Of a stretch of 64,000 bases of DNA, positions 1 to 10,646 are shown piece after piece (position 1 is the first letter of the stretch; each line of letters starts with the position of its first letter). The stretch comes from Octopus bimaculoides (taxonomy: Eukaryota), in NCBI RefSeq assembly GCF_001194135.2, contig NC_068981.1:160097193-160161192 (forward strand), given 5' to 3'. A model generated the notes under the pieces. That model did no database searches, had not been told where the DNA came from, and saw only the letters and a program-made list of their open reading frames with translations. Position numbers and translations under genes: made by a program.

Positions 1-1288
1 TGCTGTATTTGTTCTGCAAAGAAGTGTCATCTTCACTAAAGGAAATAGAAGTAATTACTTTGTCCTCAAACTGATTGGACTATGTGGGAGAATGAATCAA
101 AATAAAGCTAGTACAAGATAATTAAGCTGTATAGAATGCAGTTTGGGTTTATGCCAGGAAATAGAATCACAACTGACAACTATAAATGAAGTGTTTAGTT
201 AAGAAAAGACAAATCAATGATAATACTTTTAAAAAGGTCCAATTCTCTGTAGCTTGGAGATTGATGAGGCAGTTGAATGTAGATGAACACTTCAAGAGAA
301 CAAATTTAGTGTCTATCAAGACTTCATCCTTTGCATGTATATTCTATATAAGGAATGAGTACACAAGAGGTTTAAAGACATTACCATTTTAATATTTTTT
401 TCAATATTTAGTTGGAAGTTGAAGGGCAGTGTCCATAACTTTTGAAAGCTGTCTTTGACTTGTGAGGTGAATGCAGTTAATGTTCACTTTAGAAAAATGG
501 GAACAGGGAGACACAGAGTGCTGACTCCTAGTGATAAAGGATTGTGCTGGGTGGAGTCGAGTGGCACAGTAGAGATGCTCAAAGAAGTGATAAGGATACA
601 TCTGGTGAGCTTATGTGGATAACTTGCTAGTCCAGAAAGAACAGAAGCTGTTAGAACTGGGGTGGAAGAGACAAAAAAAAAAAAAACTACAACACACCTA
701 TTGGTAAGTGATTGTAGTGTTAGTATGTTTTCACAAGTTTAGTTTTTAGACACAAAGTTCTAGATGATATTTATAGAACCATGACTTTAGATGTGCCTGA
801 TGAACCATAGTGGTTGTGAAATATTAGTGATAAATGAAAACCTGCATAGACTGGAGGTAAAATTGAGTGTGGATAGACAGTTTTAGCTGGCATGGAAAAC
901 AGCATGAGAAAGATGAGAATATGGTTAAGCATTAATGGTATTAACTGATATGTGTAGGTGGGATGGCTGCCCTAGGTTGAAGATAATAGAACTAATAGCA
1001 CACGTAGAGTGAAAACATCTTGTGAACTAACAAGGGATCTTAAATATGGCTTTGGAAGACTAAAGTAGGTATAAAAATTGGTGTGGTAGAATCTGAGGAT
1101 GTTAAGTGTACCAAATAAGATGACATAGGACTAAGGAAAATAGGAACATACCATACTGCAGACACATCCTGCTGATAACTGAATGAAAGGAAAAAGGGGG
1201 ATATATTCAGACATATACCATATCAGAAATACAAGAATATCTTTATTAGAAATATAATAAACAGTAGTTATATTATCCTTATTTTTAG

Positions 1289-1470
1289 GTCCCGTACGCC
1301 ATCCGTCCAGTTCAGCTTCAAATAAAAACAGTACAGGCACAGTTGGATGTTGGGAAGAATCAGTCTCCTGTGCTTTATTGCAGCGTATTCAAGCCCACCA
1401 AAAGCCAATTACAGCCTTACAATCAGAAGCTGGACGTGTAGTGTCTGCCAGTGATGATCGCACACTCAAG
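1289..1470 (+). CDS. SCAP: SCAP internal coding exon (WD40 region; earlier exons lie upstream of the window)
   Basis: tttttag acceptor, AAG|gtcaat donor; encodes ...[32 protein letters not shown], matching my recollection of vertebrate SCAP [26 protein letters not shown]. Confidence 0.92.
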
Positions 1471-1630
1471 GTCAATTCTTTGTAATGTTAACATGTGTTT
1501 TATATTGTCCGTATCAGATTTCAGAATTATATCTTCTGGCATAAAAAAAATAAAAGCAGATCATTTTATTGTAATATTTTTATTGCAAACCTACATAATA
1601 TATCGACATAGCTATTTGTAATGTAGTTGT

Positions 1631-1888
1631 ATATCATATTGTTTATGTCATATGTAAACAAACATACGTTTGTTTTTTGAAGCATTGAAATGTAATGTAG
1701 AACAAGTAGAAAAATATTTTTTCAACATGAACAGTATATATAAAGGATAAAATCCTTTTAAGAGCAGAAAAATTTACTGACAACCAGCCATGTTGAAAAA
1801 ACATATCTTTCTACTTGTTCTACAATACATTTCAATGCTTCAAAAAACAAACTTATGTTTGTTTACATATGATGTAATCTATATGACA
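1631..1888. repeat. Hairpin/MITE-like element with ~85-100 bp inverted arms
   Basis: 1648-1729 is the reverse complement of 1789-1872 with few mismatches; weaker pairing extends ~15-20 bp further out. Confidence 0.75.
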
Positions 1889-1945
1889 GAAATGTTACGT
1901 TTCTGGATGATTTTATAGCTTCTAAAATTGCAGAATTCACCGGTC

Positions 1946-2023
1946 GGCAGTTTAGTTTAAAAGGTAGAGCACACCGACCGGATATTGGAGGGGTGTGAGT
2001 TTGATCTTCATGGCTAGTTGCCA
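1946..2023 (+). pseudogene. Degenerate tRNA-like sequence (pseudo-tRNA or SINE head)
   Basis: GGCAGTT...AGTTGCCA ends, A-box-like TAGTTTAAAAGGTAGAGC, T-arm-like GTGAG-TTTGATC-TTCAT, TTTTT just downstream; anticodon arm imperfect and 4 extra nt before the acceptor strand. Confidence 0.4.
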
Positions 2024-2592
2024 GCAAATTTTTCTGTTCTTAAAAGGATTTTATCCTTTATATATACTGTTCAGTATTTACATATTGTTTATATTTCAGT
2101 TAATAATCAAAATGATAATTCATCTCAAAAGTGTTGATTTATTAAAATATTTTTTAATTACAATAACTACTTTTTCCTATTAAAAACTACACACAGTGAA
2201 ATATCAGACATATATTGGTTATTTCTTAAATTCTAAGCCATTAAATATTTATATCTAGGGAAAAAACAATTTAAGAAATGAGTTTATCATATTTATTTAT
2301 TGTTATATTATCTTCAGAGAATAACTTTTATTGTCGATTTACGAAAAGATACAGTGTGTGTATATATATATATATAAGCAATGTTAATTCTCTAAATGAA
2401 GTATTAACAGTAACTGCACGATAAAGTGTAGTATATTGCCACTTAAGTGTGGCTGACCCCTAGGGGTGGATGTTACTGTTGCTTTTAGCCCCAGGAGGAC
2501 ATCTCCTCCAGCTGGCTTATCGACACACGACTGTGTCCTGTTTGCCAAGGGAAGTTATCCCTCTCACCACGATCTGCAGCACGAACGGATCC

Positions 2593-3064
2593 NNNNNNNN
2601 NNNNNNNNNNNNNNNNNNNNNNNNNNNNNNNNNNNNNNNNNNNNNNNNNNNNNNNNNNNNNNNNNNNNNNNNNNNNNNNNNNNNNNNNNNNNNNNNNNNN
2701 NNNNNNNNNNNNNNNNNNNNNNNNNNNNNNNNNNNNNNNNNNNNNNNNNNNNNNNNNNNNNNNNNNNNNNNNNNNNNNNNNNNNNNNNNNNNNNNNNNNN
2801 NNNNNNNNNNNNNNNNNNNNNNNNNNNNNNNNNNNNNNNNNNNNNNNNNNNNNNNNNNNNNNNNNNNNNNNNNNNNNNNNNNNNNNNNNNNNNNNNNNNN
2901 NNNNNNNNNNNNNNNNNNNNNNNNNNNNNNNNNNNNNNNNNNNNNNNNNNNNNNNNNNNNNNNNNNNNNNNNNNNNNNNNNNNNNNNNNNNNNNNNNNNN
3001 NNNNNNNNNNNNNNNNNNNNNNNNNNNNNNNNNNNNNNNNNNNNNNNNNNNNNNNNNNNNNNNN
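2593..3064. other. Assembly gap (N)
   Basis: Run of N; the SCAP frame is continuous across it, so no coding exon appears to be hidden. Confidence 1.
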
Positions 3065-3852
3065 TAGGCTTGAAAGAAATGAAACTAATATGATCCACTG
3101 GATGTGTAATGTCAGTGTACATACATGACAGAGTGTAAGCTCTCTGAAAGAAAAGTTGGGCATAAGAACTATCAATTGTAGTGTGCAAGAGAGATGACTG
3201 CGCTGGTATGGTCGTGTGCTACGTATGGATGAGGACAGCTGTGTGAGGAAGTGCTGATCCCTAACTGTGGAAGGAACCTGTGGAAGAGGTAAACCCAGAA
3301 AGACATGGGATGGAAACTGAGATCCTTGGAGATATGCTGTGATTGAGAAGACCTGGCAACTAAAGTGAGATCGCAGCTATGCATGTCCAGCCCAGTACCC
3401 CTGATGCGTCAAGTGACATGATATGCTTGAGAAGACCTGTTGAGTCAAGTAAAACCAATACTGTAGCTGGGTCCAGTACCCCATGACTGGCTCCAGTGCT
3501 GGTGGCATGTAAATAGCACCATCTGAATATGGTTGATGCCAGGACCGCCTGACTGGTCCCCATGTCAGTGATGCGTAAAAAGCACCATCCAAACGTGGCC
3601 GATGCCAGTACTCCATGCCAGTGGCACATAAAAAGCACTATCTGAACGTGATCGATACCAGGCCTGCCTGACTGGCTCCTGTGTTGGTGGCATGTAAAGA
3701 GCACCCACTACACTCTCGGAGTGGTTGGCAATAGGAAAGGCATCCAGCTGTAGAAACATTGCTAGATCAGATTGGAGCTTGTTGCAGTCGCTGGCTCTCC
3801 AGACCTCAGTCAAACCGTTCAACCCATGTCATCATGGAAAACAGACGTTAAA
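3065..3852 (+). mobile_element. RTE-clade LINE 3' portion (RT C-terminus plus 3' UTR tandem array)
   Basis: RLERNETNMIHWMCNVSV...LRWYGRVLRMDEDS...GRGKPRKTW with stops, continuing into ~65-bp repeats and the GACGTTAAA end; 5' part lost in the N gap. Confidence 0.85.
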
Positions 3853-3969
3853 AGTGTAAAATACATTGTTATTGTAGTTGGATATTCTGTCTATTAAATT
3901 TCAGTGAAAGACTGTCTGACAGTGATTTCAAGAGCAGTAGTAATAAACGTATTATTGTTTTTATTGTAG

Positions 3970-4050
3970 GTATTCTGTCTAGAGGACTGCATATGTATGT
4001 ATACATTATATGGTCATCATGGTAGTATTACAGCTCTTTACTTAGATAGG
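3970..4050 (+). CDS. SCAP: SCAP coding exon (WD40)
   Basis: ttgtag / gtaagt; 81 nt, phase 0; VFCLEDCICMYTLYGHHGSITALYLDR. Confidence 0.93.
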
Positions 4051-4129
4051 GTAAGTGAAATATGTTTCTTATCATTTCTATTCTGTAACTGACATAGTTC
4101 CAATAATCTATAAATATATTTTCACATTA

Positions 4130-4345
4130 AGGTGGTAAGCTGGCAAAATCATTACCTCACCAGACAACATTCTTAGTGGCATCTTGTCTGTCTTTATCTT
4201 CTAAGTTCAAATTCTGCCAAGGTTGACTTTGCCCTTCATCCTTTTGGGGTCACTGAAATAAGTACCTGTTGTGTACTGGGGCCAATATAATCAACTAGCC
4301 CTACTACCAAAATTTCAGGTCTTGTGTCTATAATAGAAAGGATTA
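4130..4345 (+). mobile_element. tRNA-derived SINE (family D; gttcaaattctgccaaggttgactttgcc...gaaataagtacc)
   Basis: Shares its core with copies at ~15.6, 21.25, 31.7, 34.6, 34.85 and 49.45 kb; resembles the Meta-type SINE central domain (from memory). Confidence 0.65.
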
Positions 4346-4531
4346 TTTTTATTGTGAGTAGGAAGTATTATTTATCATCTTTATCACCACTAGCAATTCT
4401 GATGTTTTCCAATTTTACCAAAATGCAACATTTACTAATTTTTGTCACTCTTTAAACTTTATTCACAATTAAGCTTGATTTGGTATACAAACTTCAAAAT
4501 TTTGAATTTTTTAAATTTTTCGTTTATCCAG

Positions 4532-4744
4532 GGACCTCCATTTTCTGCTGCAAGTGCTTCCACTGATGGTACGGTTCGGTTATGGGACTTGCTGACTGGT
4601 TTCTGTATCCATAAACTGTGTTCTTATGAACAACCTATCACTGCTTTGACATGTTCCCTTCAGTATGTGATCAGCCAAGATCAGGATTACCATCTCTGTG
4701 TATGGGACCGCATTAGAGGTCAACTCTTGTATAACTTACAACTG
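4532..4744 (+). CDS. SCAP: SCAP coding exon (WD40)
   Basis: atccag / gtaggt; 213 nt; GPPFSAASASTDGTVRLWDLLTG...LCVWDRIRGQLLYNLQL. Confidence 0.93.
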
Positions 4745-4802
4745 GTAGGTAATATAAGCCATTTAACATTTTAAACAAATTTTCATCATTGATACACTGA
4801 AG

Positions 4803-5004
4803 CAGTATTTCTCACCCAGAGTTTCCCACAACCCTAGGGTTCCACAAAAGCTTTGTAGGGGTTCCGCGAGAAAGAGTGAGATAAGCTAATGCTAATTTCA
4901 TGATCGTAATATTACTATACATGCACAACATATTATTGGTTATTGTAATATTGACATCATCCTGTCTAACTTATCATGTTATCAAAAAAATACAACAACC
5001 ATTG

Positions 5005-5044
<40 letters not shown>

Positions 5045-5173
5045 ATTTACCACATAAGCTATGATGCAAAAAATGAGAAAGATATGGTATATAATTTTTT
5101 TTGTGCAGGGGTTCCTTGAAACATGTAATTTATTTTAAGTGTTACACAAGGGTAAAAGGGTTGAGAAACACTA
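4803..5173. mobile_element. hAT-type MITE with 8-bp TSD
   Basis: Ends CAGTATTTCTCACCC / GGGTTGAGAAACACTA; flanked by CACTGAAG (4795-4802) and CATTGAAG (5174-5181). Confidence 0.8.
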
Positions 5174-5199
5174 CATTGAAGTATCCATCATCATCATCA

Positions 5200-5760
5200 T
5201 CCACCCAATAACGGATAGGGGGACCCTGTCAAAGGCTTTCTCCATGTCAATGAAAGCCAGGTACAGAGGTTTATCTTGGGCTAGGTATTTCTCTTGCAGC
5301 TGTCTTACCAGAAATATAGCATCAGTAGTGCTTTTCCCCAGCACAAACCCAAACTGCATCTCATCTAGACTGACTCTCTCCCTAATTAGTTGGGCTATGA
5401 CCCTCTCCATGACCTTCATTACCTGATCCAACAACTTGATACCTCTGTAATTATTTGTATCTAAAGCGTCGACTTTACCTTTGTAGCAGCTGACTATGGT
5501 GCTGCTACACCAGTCATCATTGGGTATGACTCCTTCATGTATCACCTGGTTAACTATACGGGTGACTAGGCTATAGCCGATACCACCAGATATTTTGAGC
5601 ATCTCTGCAGTGAATACTGATGGGCCGGGAGGGCTTTTCCTGTCTTCATACCCTTAATTGCTTTATCTACCAAGGTACTGTCAGTTTGGATAACTGGTCC
5701 CTCTGTTAGGTCAACATTTGGCAGACTTTCTTTCTCTCATTCATTCTCTTTATTGAGCAA
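5200..5760 (-). mobile_element. RTE-clade LINE reverse transcriptase fragment
   Basis: NYRGIKLLDQVMKVMERVI...QFGFVLGKSTTDAIFLVRQLQEKY...LAFIDMEKAFDRVP, typical non-LTR RT N-terminal motifs. Confidence 0.92.
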
Positions 5761-5879
5761 TATATGTAGTAAAGTATATCCACTCATAAGAAGCTGATGA
5801 TTCGTTCTATTGTCACAACAGACACACAAATGCTAAAAACTTGTGTAGTAATGGATATTTGGAATTATATTTTTTTTAA

Positions 5880-6330
5880 CCAATGGAGCGCTAAGAGCAC
5901 CGTCTGAGCGTGATCGTTGCTAGAGCAGTTGTCTGGCTTCCATGCCAGTGGCATGTAAATAGCACCATTTGAGCGTGATTGTTACCAACGTCGCCTTACT
6001 GGCACTTGGGCCGGTGGCACATGAAAAAAAATTCGAGTGAGGTCACTGCCAGTACCACTGGACTGGCCCCTGTGCAGGTGGCACGTAAAAAACACCATTT
6101 TGAGCGTGGCCGTTGCCAGTACCGCCTGACTGGCCCTTGTGCCAGTGGCACGTAAAAGTACCCACTACACTCTCGGAGTGGTTGGCGTTAGGAATGGCAT
6201 CCAGCTGTAGAAACTCAGCCAAATCAGATTGGAGCCTGGTGCAGCCTTCTGGTTCGCCAGTCGTCAGTCAAACCGTCTAACCCATGCAAGCATGGAAAGC
6301 GGACGTTAAACGATGACGATGATGATGATT
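5880..6330 (+). mobile_element. RTE 3' UTR fragment with ~4 tandem ~65-bp units and (GAT)n tail
   Basis: Units CACCATTTGAGCGTGGCCGTTGCCAGTACC...GGTGGCACGTAAAA; ends GGACGTTAAACGATGACGATGATG. Confidence 0.85.
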
Positions 6331-6648
6331 GAATTATTTTTCTCCTGTTTGTACACATAAATGTGTGTGTGTCAGTGTGTATTTACATAATTTTCAGTTT
6401 GCTAGGTCTGTCACCATTATTAACACTAATGTTTATTTATGCTAATGTGGATGCATATTCTGGAATAGGGGTTTTACTACCAAATATAACATGCATGAAA
6501 CTAGTTTTATATGACAAGACAGTACCAGATTAACTGTTTTGAGATTAGTCTCAAACAAGATAAAAATAATGGATGAGAAATAATAGTAGGGGAGAGAGAG
6601 AGAGAGCACATAAGTGATATCTCACAAAATAATGTTAATTATTTGCAG

Positions 6649-6714
6649 GAGCCTGGTTTATATAGTCAACAAATGGCATTACTCACTGATAAACTTCTAC
6701 TGCTTGGAGGACAG
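6649..6714 (+). CDS. SCAP: SCAP coding exon
   Basis: ttgcag / gtaagt; 66 nt; EPGLYSQQMALLTDKLLLLGGQ. Confidence 0.9.
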
Positions 6715-7120
6715 GTAAGTATTTTTAAGCTACTGGGATTGTCTAGTGATTGATATCAGTTCCTTGTACTTCAGGTTTATAGTGAAAGGTCTTTATTTAA
6801 ATCTTTTTTTTTTTTACCAGTCCATGGAGAAAGGGTGGAGTACATTGCCTCATTGAACTCCTTTCAAAATGTAGAAGAATTATTGAGTTAGTCTAGGAGA
6901 GATCACTAGAGATAATTTTAACATAAGTAAAGATTGTGATATTTTTAGTTTTGACCAAAGAGAATGGTGGTGTTATTTTTTCTCCTCTTCCTGTTTTAAA
7001 TGATTAAACAACAAATTAAACATTAACTTCACTAAATACAAACTTTTCTAACTGCAAAAATTAAATTGCTTTATTTTTATATTTGCCATGTCAATCTATC
7101 TTTGTTATTTCTTCTTGTAG

Positions 7121-7300
7121 GGTGTTTTGTATTTATGGGACATTTTTCAAGGTCAGCTGAAAAAGCAAATAAAAGTCAGCCATACTGATCAAGCAGCTTT
7201 TATTCGTTTTGTCCAAGTCATTGACCACAGTGTTGTATGTGATTATGGCAATGAACTTCGTGTTATCAACTTTCCTACAATTCTTGAAAAAAATGACTGA
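7121..7300 (+). CDS. SCAP: SCAP last coding exon with stop codon
   Basis: cttgtag acceptor; GVLYLWDIFQG...DYGNELRVINFPTILEKND*; C-terminus resembles vertebrate SCAP ...VPSVLEKLD*. Confidence 0.94.
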   Translation, partial: GVLYLWDIFQGQLKKQIKVSHTDQAAFIRFVQVIDHSVVCDYGNELRVINFPTILEKND

Positions 7301-7459
7301 TCACTGTCTAACTTAATTTTGGAAACAGAGTGACTTTTTGCCTAGCAACAAATTACAGACAGAAAATTGTCGGTTATCATTTTATCATGTATCAAAACAT
7401 TTGTTGGCTCATTCATTTTTTTACAAGACATTAAAATGCTTTAAATTTTTTGAAGATAA

Positions 7460-7535
7460 AATAAAAATAATTTTCTATTTTTTTGTCAAATATTTCTCAC
7501 TATAGTGACTATTTAAAGAAAAAAAAATCAATAAA
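7460..7535 (+). terminator. Candidate SCAP polyadenylation signals
   Basis: AATAAA at 7460-7465 and 7530-7535; the second is followed by a U-rich tract (~7560-7640). Confidence 0.5.
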
Positions 7536-7696
7536 GATTTAAAAAATTAAATTGTTTCAAAATTTTGTAATTTCTTGTAATTTATTTTTATTGTTATATT
7601 CTGTCAATTATTCTTGTTGAATTTGTTTATATTTTTGTAAATTGAAGCAAGTCATTGCTGATGTACTATACATATTATTGATACACTGGTAAACAC

Positions 7697-8092
7697 CAGG
7701 AGTGGCTGTGTGGTAAGGTAAGTAGCTTGCTTACGAACTACTTGGTTCTGGGTTCCGTCCCACTGCGTGGCACCTTGGGCAAGTGTCTTCTACTATAGCC
7801 CCGGGCTGACCAAAGCCTTGTGAGTGGATTTGGTAGACAGAAACTGAAAGAAGCCTGTCATATATATGTATGTGTGTGTATATGTTTGTGTGTCTGTGTT
7901 TGTCCCCCCCAACATCGCTTGACAACTGATGCTGGTGTGTTTATGTCCCCGTAACTTAGCAGTTCAGCGAAAGAGACCGATAGAATAAGTACTAGGCTTA
8001 CAAAGAATAAGTCTTGGGGTCAATTTGCTCGACTAAAGGTGGTGCTCCAGCATGGCCACAGTCAAATGACTGAAACAAGTAAAAGAGAGTAA
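7697..8092 (+). mobile_element. SINE family B (CORE-like ggcaccttgggcaagtgtc), near full length
   Basis: Head caggagtggctgtgtggtaag...gggttccgtcccactg; many related copies in the window. Confidence 0.75.
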
Positions 8093-8209
8093 TAATTTCA
8101 ATTACTATTGTTGTTGATTTATCTCCTAGAACATAAAGATGAAAGAAAATTTTTGTATAAATTTTCCAAGTGTTATACACACAAAGAGTTTAGTGGAATC
8201 ACAAGCAGA

Positions 8210-8800
8210 CTAATAGGGAAAGCAAGCTTCATATGTAACAGATGAACTGGAGTGGTATGTACTATGAACACACTTGAACTAGTTTGTTTGACATGCCCCA
8301 ATGGTTTACAAGAAGTTGTTGATAGCTTTTGTTACCTAGGAGATGTAATTAACAAGTGAGATGGCTGCTCTGAAAATATAGTAACCAAGGTAAGAATGGG
8401 TTGAAAAAAATTCAGAGAGCTACTATTGCTGCCAATCATGAAAATCTTTTCCCTCAGACTGAAGGGCAGATTGAATGACTTTTGTATTAGAACAGTGTTG
8501 TTGCATGGTAGCGAGACATGGGCTTTGAATGCAGAGGACTTAAGAAAACTGGAAAGAAATTTAAAAAAAACATGCTTCATTGGATGTGTATTGTAATTGT
8601 GCACAACTGACAAAGTACAGATGTGTTGAGAGAAAAACTGGGCATAAGAGGAATCAAATGTAGTATGAAAGAAAGAATACTGTACTAGTATGATCATGTG
8701 GTACATATGAATGTGAACAGCAACATAAAGAAGTGCTGATCACTTAATGTGGATGCAGCTTACAGAAGAGAGAGAGACCCAGGAAAACATGGGGCAGGTA
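8210..8800 (+). mobile_element. Decayed RTE RT C-terminal fragment
   Basis: EVVDSFCYLGDVI...KFRELLLLP...LLHGSETWALNAEDLRKLERN with stops and frameshifts. Confidence 0.85.
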
Positions 8801-8859
8801 AATAATTGTCAAACAGTTACTGGTGATTGAAGGAATTAAGTAAACAATACAGACTGATA

Positions 8860-9148
8860 TCATCATCATCGTTTAATGTCTGCTTTCCATGCTAGCATGG
8901 GTTGGATGATTTGACTGAGGACTGGTGAACCAGATGGCTACACCAGGCTCCAATCTGATTTGGCAGAGTTTCTACAGCTGGATGCCCTTCCTAATGCCAA
9001 CCACTCCGAGAGTGTAGTGGGTGCTTTTACGTGCCACCGGCATGAAGGCCAGTCAGGCGGTACTGGCAACAGCCACGCTCAAAATGGTGTCTTTAACGTG
9101 CCACCTGCACAGGAGCCAGTCCAGCGGCACTGGCAACGATCTCGCTCG
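8860..9148 (-). mobile_element. RTE 3' UTR fragment
   Basis: catcatcatcgtttaatgtctgctttccatgctagc...; reverse copy of the 10.2-10.65 kb family. Confidence 0.85.
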
Positions 9149-9749
9149 AATGAAGAGTTGAAAGACTTTTGTCTAAACTAACTGGAATTCTTTGTTGTTG
9201 AAATGAACATCACAAAAGTGAATGAATTCTACATATGTGCCAACATACCTTTCAAAATGAAATTGTAACAAAGATCATAGCTTGGAGAAAAATTGGATTA
9301 GAGGCAGATTTTGATTTTATGTGATATGTTCTTTTGACACTTAAGTTTAAATATAAACATTCAATCTTAAGTGAGTCTTCAAAGCAGTTTAATAAGTTTG
9401 AAATGCTATTTATATTAAATTTAGATCATAAAGAAAGAAAAAGAGATCAAAGAAATTGGATGAGAAATGTAATTGTTAGTGATAATCTCCATCATCATCA
9501 TTTAACATCTGTTTTCCATGCTGGCATGGGTTGGATGTTTTGACAGGAGTTAGCCAGCTGGAGAGCTGATAGGCTCCAGTTGTCTATTTTGGCATGGTTT
9601 CTATGACTGGGTGACCTTCCTAACTCCAACGAAAGATACAAAAGTTTATAAAGGTATCAATGGTTTGCAAAAGTCCAAGTCAATAAATATAAGGATATTT
9701 TATAAAATTGAATGGTAGTATTTAGATAAACTAATTTAGGGAAAATTAT

Positions 9750-9948
9750 CACATGATCGACCGGGCTATTAGATGTTGTTACACATTGCTGGTCACAATG
9801 TGCAAGGCAAGCAAGCCAACATTCCCCACTGGAGCAACATGAAATGAAGTATTTTGCTTAAGAACATAATGTGCCACCCACTCAGGGAATCGAACCCATA
9901 ATCTAGTGATCATGAGTACAACTTAACCATTAGGCCACACACCTTCAC
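9750..9948 (-). mobile_element. tRNA-derived SINE fragment (family E head)
   Basis: ctggagcaacatgaaatgaagt...gggaatcgaacc...ccttcac; same family as 26710-27045. Confidence 0.6.
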
Positions 9949-10213
9949 AGGGAAAATTATAACAAAAGAAAACATACAGAAAAGTCACATGTCCCCTATA
10001 TTCTATGGATTTCTGCAGTTATAGAGGAAAAATAAATGATAAAATATTGTAGAAATGATGTGAAAATAAATATGAGAATGGATAATTGAATAAAGTGTAA
10101 GGTATATCTGATAGTATTTCCCAGTTTTATAATGAAATGGAATTTTTGTATATTTATGTATTAAAAGCACACAGATTTTTCTGTAATTCATCATAATTTA
10201 ACTCCTCATATGT

Positions 10214-10646
10214 CGAGACCTTTGGAAATGTGCTGTGCGTGAGAAGACCCGGCAAGCCAAGTAAGATCGTTGCCAGTGCCCCTGGACTGGTTCTTGTGCG
10301 GGTGGCACATGAGATGCACCATTTTGAGCGTGGCCGTTGCCAGTACCGCCTGACTGGCTCCTTGTATGATTTTCGAGCGAGATCGTTGCCAGTGCCCCTG
10401 GACTGGCTTGTGCGGGTGGCACATAAAAGACACCATTTCGAGCGTGGCCGTTTTCGTGTGGGTGACACGTAAAAGCACCCACTACACTCTCTGAGTGGTT
10501 GGCGTTAGGAAGGGCATCCAGCTGTAGAAACTCTGCCAAATCAGACTGGAGCCTGGTGTTGCCATCCGGTTTCACCAGTCCTCAGTCAAATCGTCCAACC
10601 CATGCTAGCATGGAAAGCGGACGTTAAACGATGATGATGATGATGA
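10214..10646 (+). mobile_element. Young 5'-truncated RTE copy (last RT codons, 3' UTR array, (GAT)n tail)
   Basis: Starts RDLWKCAVREKTRQAK*; CpGs intact; ATATGT on both sides (10208-10213, 10646-10651) as a probable TSD. Confidence 0.88.

Noticed and set aside
790-840. Hammerhead-like CTGATGA...GAAA
   Set aside because: Three extra bases separate stem II from GAAA, and no convincing stems I and III are present.
2440-2592. HDV-like ribozyme at a possible RTE 5' end
   Set aside because: A partial P1 (GGCUGA/UUAGCC) and a P4-like hairpin can be drawn, but P1.1, P2 and P3 could not be assigned by eye.
2466-3188. Long ORFs at 2.5-3.2, 35.5-36.5, 59.9-60.1 and 61.0-61.7 kb in the ORF track
   Set aside because: They are open only because they run through N gaps.
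5880-6180. CRISPR-like look of regularly spaced ~65-bp palindromic units
   Set aside because: Units are degenerate whole-unit tandem repeats with no unique spacers, there are no cas genes, the context is eukaryotic, and they are part of an RTE 3' UTR.
8960-9181. Recurrent small ORFs such as AEFLQLDALPNANHSESVVGAF (also at 10.2, 19.4, 38.4, 40.4 and 44.8 kb)
   Set aside because: Incidental translation of the antisense strand of the repeated RTE 3' UTR, not a gene family.
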